Source: an uncultured Syntrophaceae bacterium
GTDB lineage: Bacteria > Desulfobacterota > Syntrophia > Syntrophales > PHBD01
Length of the DNA stretch: 42,651 bases
NCBI GenBank assembly: GCA_964641935.1
Contig: CAZXMK010000002.1
Span: 1 to 42,651 of the forward strand
Reading direction: 5' to 3'
Positions 38,566 to 42,651 of this stretch are shown here, piece by piece; position 1 is the stretch's first letter, and every line of letters begins with the position of its first letter. The notes under the pieces were generated by a model. That model did not search any database, was not told the origin of the DNA, and worked only from the letters and a program-made list of their open reading frames with translations. The position numbers were made by a program, and so were the translations under genes.

Positions 38566-39969
38566 CTATTTCCGCGAGAGATAGGCGTCGATGGCCTGGG
38601 CCGCTTTCCGACCCGCCCCCATGGCCAGGATGACCGTGGCCGACCCGGTGACAATGTCGCCGCCGGCGTAGACGCCCTTTCGTGTCGTCTCCCCGGACTC
38701 CCCCCTGGTGACAATATAGCCCCAGCGGTTCGTCTCGAGACCCGGAGTCGTGGAGGGAACGATGGGATTGGCCATGGTCCCCACCGCCACGACCACCATA
38801 TCGACGTCGATGACAAACTCGGAACCGGGAACGGGAACGGGACTTCTCCTCCCCGAGGCATCCGGCTCCCCCAGCTCCATGCGCAGGCACCGGATCCCCG
38901 TTACCCAGCCGTCCTTGTCGCCGATATATCCAACGGGGTTCGTCAGCAGTTTGAACTTCACGCCCTCTTCCTTGGCGTGGTGGACCTCCTCAATCCGGGC
39001 GGGCATCTCCGCCTCGCTCCGCCGGTAGATGATGTAGGCGTTCTCCGCCCCCAGGCGCAGGGCTGTTCTCACGGAATCCATGGCTACGTTGCCGCCGCCG
39101 ATGACGGCCACGTTCTTCCCCCGGACGATGGGGGTGTCGTACTCGGGAAACCGGTAGGCCTTCATCAGGTTCGACCGGGTCAGGTACTCGTTGGCCGAAT
39201 AGATGCCGCTCAGGTTTTCTCCGGGAATGTTCATGAAGACGGGGGCACCGGCACCGACGGCGAGGTAGACGGCATCGTAACCTTCTTCCACCGTCTTGAT
39301 CCGGCCGACCAGGGCGTTCAGGACAATCTTGACCCCCAGGCTGCGGAGGTAGTCTACCTCCGCCTCCACGATGGCCTTGGGCAGACGGAACTCGGGAATC
39401 CCATACACCAGGACGCCGCCAGCCTTGTGGAGGGCCTCATAAATGGTGACCTCGTAGCCCAGTTTCACCAGGTCTCCGGCGATGGTCAGTCCGGACGGAC
39501 CCGCTCCCACAACGGCGATCTTCCTGCCGTTCGAAGCCGGCTTGTCCGGGGCAACCACCTGGCCCGTGTTCCGTTCGTAGTCCGCCGCGAACCGCTCGAG
39601 GCGGCCGATGGCCACCGGCTCACCCTTCTTCCCCAGGATGCAGAACTTCTCGCACTGGTCTTCCTGCGGGCAGACCCGGCCGCAGACGGCGGGCAGGCTG
39701 TTCGTTTCCTTCAGCGTGCGGGCGGCTCCCAGGAAATCCCCCTCGGCGATCCGCTTGATGAACTCGGGAATCCGGACGTCGACGGGACACCCCTCGATGC
39801 ACCCGGGCTTTTTGCACTGGATGCATCGTTTCGCCTCGAGAATCGCCGTCTCCGGGGTGTAGCCCAGGGGCACCTCGTCGAAGTTCCGGATCCGCTCCGC
39901 CGGGGCCTGCTCCGGCATCTTCTGGCGGGGAACCTTCTCTTTCTTTTCCTTCTTCGGTTCAGTTTCCAT
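38566..39969 (-). CDS. nfnB: NfnB/SudA/GltD-family NADPH-dependent oxidoreductase large subunit (2x[4Fe-4S], FAD)
   Basis: NFDEVPLGYTPETAILEAKRCIQCKKPGCIEGCPV, CGRVCPQEDQCEKFC, dinucleotide folds VAVVGAGPSGL and VAVIGGGNVAMD. Start at the ATG at 39969 overlaps the nfnA end. Confidence 0.8.
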   Translation of the reverse strand: METEPKKEKKEKVPRQKMPEQAPAERIRNFDEVPLGYTPETAILEAKRCIQCKKPGCIEGCPVDVRIPEFIKRIAEGDFLGAARTLKETNSLPAVCGRVCPQEDQCEKFCILGKKGEPVAIGRLERFAADYERNTGQVVAPDKPASNGRKIAVVGAGPSGLTIAGDLVKLGYEVTIYEALHKAGGVLVYGIPEFRLPKAIVEAEVDYLRSLGVKIVLNALVGRIKTVEEGYDAVYLAVGAGAPVFMNIPGENLSGIYSANEYLTRSNLMKAYRFPEYDTPIVRGKNVAVIGGGNVAMDSVRTALRLGAENAYIIYRRSEAEMPARIEEVHHAKEEGVKFKLLTNPVGYIGDKDGWVTGIRCLRMELGEPDASGRRSPVPVPGSEFVIDVDMVVVAVGTMANPIVPSTTPGLETNRWGYIVTRGESGETTRKGVYAGGDIVTGSATVILAMGAGRKAAQAIDAYLSRK

Positions 39970-40801
39970 TTCGCCCGCACCTGTGCTTTTCGTAGGACTG
40001 CTTTTCCTCATCGCAGTACATCCTGAGCCGGCTAGCAAGGAGCTCAAAGTTCACCTGGTGGCCGTCGAACTCTGGTCCGTCGACACAGGTGAATTTCGTC
40101 TTCCCGCCAACCTCCACCCGGCAGGCCCCGCACATCCCCGTGGCGTCCACCATGATCGGGTTCAGGCTGACCGTCGTCGGGATGGCGTGAGGCCGCGTCA
40201 GGTTTGCAATCACCCTCATCATGGGCACCGGTCCGATGGCGAAGACATGGTCGACCTTTTCACCGCGGTCGATGATCTGCTGCAGGACGGCACTGACGAA
40301 GCCGTGGTATCCATAGCTCCCGTCATCCGTGCAGACCACCAGTTCATCGCTGGCAGCGCGCATTTCCTCTTCAAGGATGATGAGATCCTTCGTCCGGGCG
40401 CCGATGATGGAGGTCACCCGGTTCCCCTTTTCCTTGAGGGCCTTCGTGATGGGGTAGATAACCCCGACGCCGACGCCTCCACCGACGCAGACGGCATGGC
40501 CGAAGATCTCAATCTCCGTCGGATTTCCCAGGGGCCCCTGAACGTCCTGGAAGGATTCTCCCGTCTTCAGGGCGGACATGGCCGCCGTCGTCTTCCCCAC
40601 GACCTGGTAGATGATCGTGATCGTGCCCCGCCCGGCATCCGAATCGACGATGGTCAGCGGGATGCGCTCTCCCTTCTCGTCGATCTTGAGGATCACGAAC
40701 TGCCCTGCCTTTCGCTTCCGGGCGATCTCCGGCGCCAGAATCTCCATCCGGAAGACCGCTTCGGACAATTGCCGCGTTTCCACCACCGTGTACAAGGCCA
40801 T
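39959..40801 (-). CDS. nfnA: NfnA/SudB (PyrK-type FAD/NAD(P)-binding [2Fe-2S] subunit)
   Basis: MALYTVVETRQLSEAVFRMEILAPEIA...GQFVILKIDEKGERIPLTI flavin reductase fold, and a C-terminal GMCGACRV...FTCVDGPEF cluster motif. The ATG at 40801 lies downstream of a terminator hairpin. Confidence 0.8.
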   Translation of the reverse strand: MALYTVVETRQLSEAVFRMEILAPEIARKRKAGQFVILKIDEKGERIPLTIVDSDAGRGTITIIYQVVGKTTAAMSALKTGESFQDVQGPLGNPTEIEIFGHAVCVGGGVGVGVIYPITKALKEKGNRVTSIIGARTKDLIILEEEMRAASDELVVCTDDGSYGYHGFVSAVLQQIIDRGEKVDHVFAIGPVPMMRVIANLTRPHAIPTTVSLNPIMVDATGMCGACRVEVGGKTKFTCVDGPEFDGHQVNFELLASRLRMYCDEEKQSYEKHRCGRNGN

Positions 40802-40815
40802 ATCCCCCCTGACAT

Positions 40816-40840
40816 AAAAAGGGGAGCCCTGAAGCTCCCC
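40816..40840 (-). terminator. Intrinsic terminator/attenuator between the HydG-like gene and nfnA
   Basis: Minus strand reads GGGGAGC-TTCAGG-GCTCCCC followed by TTTTTAT. It lies inside the alternative 18-codon nfnA extension, which argues for the 40801 start. Confidence 0.6.
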
Positions 40841-40900
40841 GGAGTCGACTCCCATTGCGGCTTGAGAATTCAGCCGACGTTTTTCGCAAAGACCGCCGCT

Positions 40901-41740
40901 TCAGTATTCCTTCGTCAGCTTGTCCAGCTCCGCCAGGGTGAATACGGGGCCGTCCTTGCAGACGTACTTGCTGCCGACGTTGCAGCGCCCGCACTTCCCG
41001 ATGCCGCACTTCATCCTCATTTCGAGGGATGTGATGATGTTCTCCTTGGAGAACCCAAGATCGAAGAAGACCGGCAGGGTGAAGCGGATCATGACCGGCG
41101 GACCGCAGATGACCGTCACGGCGTTTTCCGAACTGGGGGCCACTTCCTTGCAGACCGTCGGAACGAATCCCTCCCGTCCCTTCCAGCCCGCGTCTCCCTT
41201 GTCGACGGTCACGTTCAGATCGATGTCGTCCCTCTTGGACCAGGCCTCCAACTCATCCTTATAGATGAGGAGTCCCGGGTTGCGGGCGCCGTAAACCACG
41301 GTGATTTTGCCGAAGCGCTTCCGGTTGTCCCCGTGGATCATGTAATTGATCAGGGAGCGCAGCGTCGTGAAAGCGAATCCGCCGCCTACGATGACGATGT
41401 TCTTGCCCTCCAGGAATTCGATGGGCCAGGAGTTGCCCAGCGGCCCGCGGAGACCCATTCGGGTCCCCTCCTCCATCTCATGGAGGGCCGAGGTGACGAC
41501 ACCGGCCTTCTGGACCGTGAATTCCACGTAGCCCTTCTGAGTGGTAGAAGACGCGATCCCGATGGGGGACTCGCCCTTGCCGAAGATGGACAGTTCTCCG
41601 AATTGGCCCGGGATGTACTGGAACTTCTCCTCGTCCTCCTTGTTGAGGAAGGCGAAGCGGAAGGTCTTGATGTCCTTGGTGTCCACCTCGGTGACGATCT
41701 TGATCACTTCCACGGGGTAGGGTACGTATGGATTCTGCAT
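40901..41740 (-). CDS. AsrB/HydG-like FAD/NAD(P)-binding [2Fe-2S] oxidoreductase subunit
   Basis: PGQFGELSIFGKGESPIGIAS flavin-binding region, IVIVGGGFAFTTL NAD fold, and a C-terminal MKCGIGKCGRCNVGSKYVCKDGPVF cluster motif. Confidence 0.8.
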   Translation of the reverse strand: MQNPYVPYPVEVIKIVTEVDTKDIKTFRFAFLNKEDEEKFQYIPGQFGELSIFGKGESPIGIASSTTQKGYVEFTVQKAGVVTSALHEMEEGTRMGLRGPLGNSWPIEFLEGKNIVIVGGGFAFTTLRSLINYMIHGDNRKRFGKITVVYGARNPGLLIYKDELEAWSKRDDIDLNVTVDKGDAGWKGREGFVPTVCKEVAPSSENAVTVICGPPVMIRFTLPVFFDLGFSKENIITSLEMRMKCGIGKCGRCNVGSKYVCKDGPVFTLAELDKLTKEY

Positions 41741-41755
41741 TGCGCTCTCCCGAAA

Positions 41756-42651
41756 TTATAGTTTCGAAATGTCCTCGACGATTTTCCGAATATCAATGTT
41801 GACGGGACAGTACATCACGCAGCGCCCGCAACCCACGCAGGCGATGGCGTTGAAGTTGTCCACGTAATACTTGAACTTGTGCATGGTCCGCTGGCGCCAG
41901 CGCTCCTTCTGGCTCGGTCTCGGGTTGTGTCCCGAGGTTTCCTTCGTGAAGAGCCCGTACATGCAGGAGTCCCAGTTCCGCAGGCGTCGTCCGTCGCCGT
42001 ACTTCATCTCGTCGCTGATATCGAAGCAGTGGCAGGTGGGGCACAGGTAGGTGCAGGTCCCGCAGGCCAGACACTTCTGGTGGATTGTGTTCCAGAAGGG
42101 GTGTTCGAAGTTCACGTCCAGAATCGGTTTGATTTCCTTTGCGGGGATCTTCGACGAAATGGCCTGCTCCGCCTGCGCGGCGATCTCCTCCTTCTTCTTC
42201 GTGGCCCCCTCGTCCGCCTGGACGTCACCGAAATACTTCTGGAGTTTCGCACCCTTCTCGGTCACGAATTCCACCAGGAACTGGTCGCCCAGATCCGTCA
42301 GGAGTACGTCGGCCCCTTCCGACGAAACCGGGTGCCCCCCCACGGACGTGCAGAAGCAGGTCGTGTAGGGAGGACGGCTGCAGGCCATGGCTACGATCGT
42401 CGTTTTGTTCCGCTTGTCGATCCAGAAGGGATCCTTGTACTTTTCCTGATCGAAGAGCATGTCCAGAAGGGCAAAGCTTCGGGCGTCGCAGGGGCGCACG
42501 CCGAAGAGGACGGCCTGTCCGCTCTCCGCTTCCAGGCTCGCGAACTCCGTCCCTTTCGGGGTCCGCGTGTAGCGCATCATCACTTCCGTCCGCGGGAAAA
42601 AGAAGTTTTTCGGTGCGTTCTTGCTGTTGGAATAGGCCGTGAGGGGCTCCT
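41756..42651 (-). CDS. AsrA/HydB-like 4Fe-4S dicluster subunit, 5' end beyond window
   Basis: CLACGTCTYLCPTCHCFD and CVGCGRCVMYCPVNIDI motifs. My own back-translation shows the frame stays open upstream of the track start (…EPLTAYSNSKNAPKNFFFPRTEVMMRY…) to the window edge. Confidence 0.8.
   Translation of the reverse strand, partial: EPLTAYSNSKNAPKNFFFPRTEVMMRYTRTPKGTEFASLEAESGQAVLFGVRPCDARSFALLDMLFDQEKYKDPFWIDKRNKTTIVAMACSRPPYTTCFCTSVGGHPVSSEGADVLLTDLGDQFLVEFVTEKGAKLQKYFGDVQADEGATKKKEEIAAQAEQAISSKIPAKEIKPILDVNFEHPFWNTIHQKCLACGTCTYLCPTCHCFDISDEMKYGDGRRLRNWDSCMYGLFTKETSGHNPRPSQKERWRQRTMHKFKYYVDNFNAIACVGCGRCVMYCPVNIDIRKIVEDISKL

Overview
This GC-rich window, with strong third-position GC bias, reads as core chromosome of an anaerobic, deltaproteobacterium-like organism (Thermodesulfobacteriota style). 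That placement is an inference from gene content and from the look of the GroEL and ATP synthase c-subunit sequences, not a database result. I support about 45 protein-coding genes and one RNA gene, the type-A RNase P RNA (rnpB). I could not recognise any tRNA, rRNA, CRISPR array, transposase, integrase, phage gene or defence gene. Left to right the content is: a COG1579 zinc-ribbon gene followed by rnpB; the conserved minus-strand block ffh-rpsP-KH-rimM-trmD-rplS-rnhB-yraN; a SPOR protein, argS, an unannotated 56-aa Cys-rich mini-ORF, pilD, and an RmlC-like cupin with a sugar-1-P nucleotidyltransferase. Next come ribD, a specialised NusG paralogue, a four-subunit 2-oxoacid:ferredoxin oxidoreductase and an ACT protein. 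After that are engB, a sigma54-type response regulator and a PAS histidine kinase; an ArfB-like GGQ protein; an orphan atpE; groES-groEL; ileS-lspA; and Trk/Ktr K+ uptake genes. The right-hand part holds an ADP-forming acyl-CoA synthetase, a CoA-transferase, a TRAP transporter, a small membrane/coiled-coil protein and atpZ-atpI-atpB. It ends with nfnAB and an AsrAB/HydBG-like iron-sulfur flavoprotein pair that runs off the right edge. Most long ORFs in the supplied track that lie antisense to these genes are codon-aligned shadow ORFs. I do not see a convincing new multi-gene system. The best candidates for a second look are the back-to-back redox modules at the right end; the split Fo operon with a signal-peptide-like c-subunit precursor; the NusG-paralogue/OFOR/ACT unit; the self-contained Cys mini-ORF abutting argS; and a long structured intergenic region upstream of the TRAP operon.
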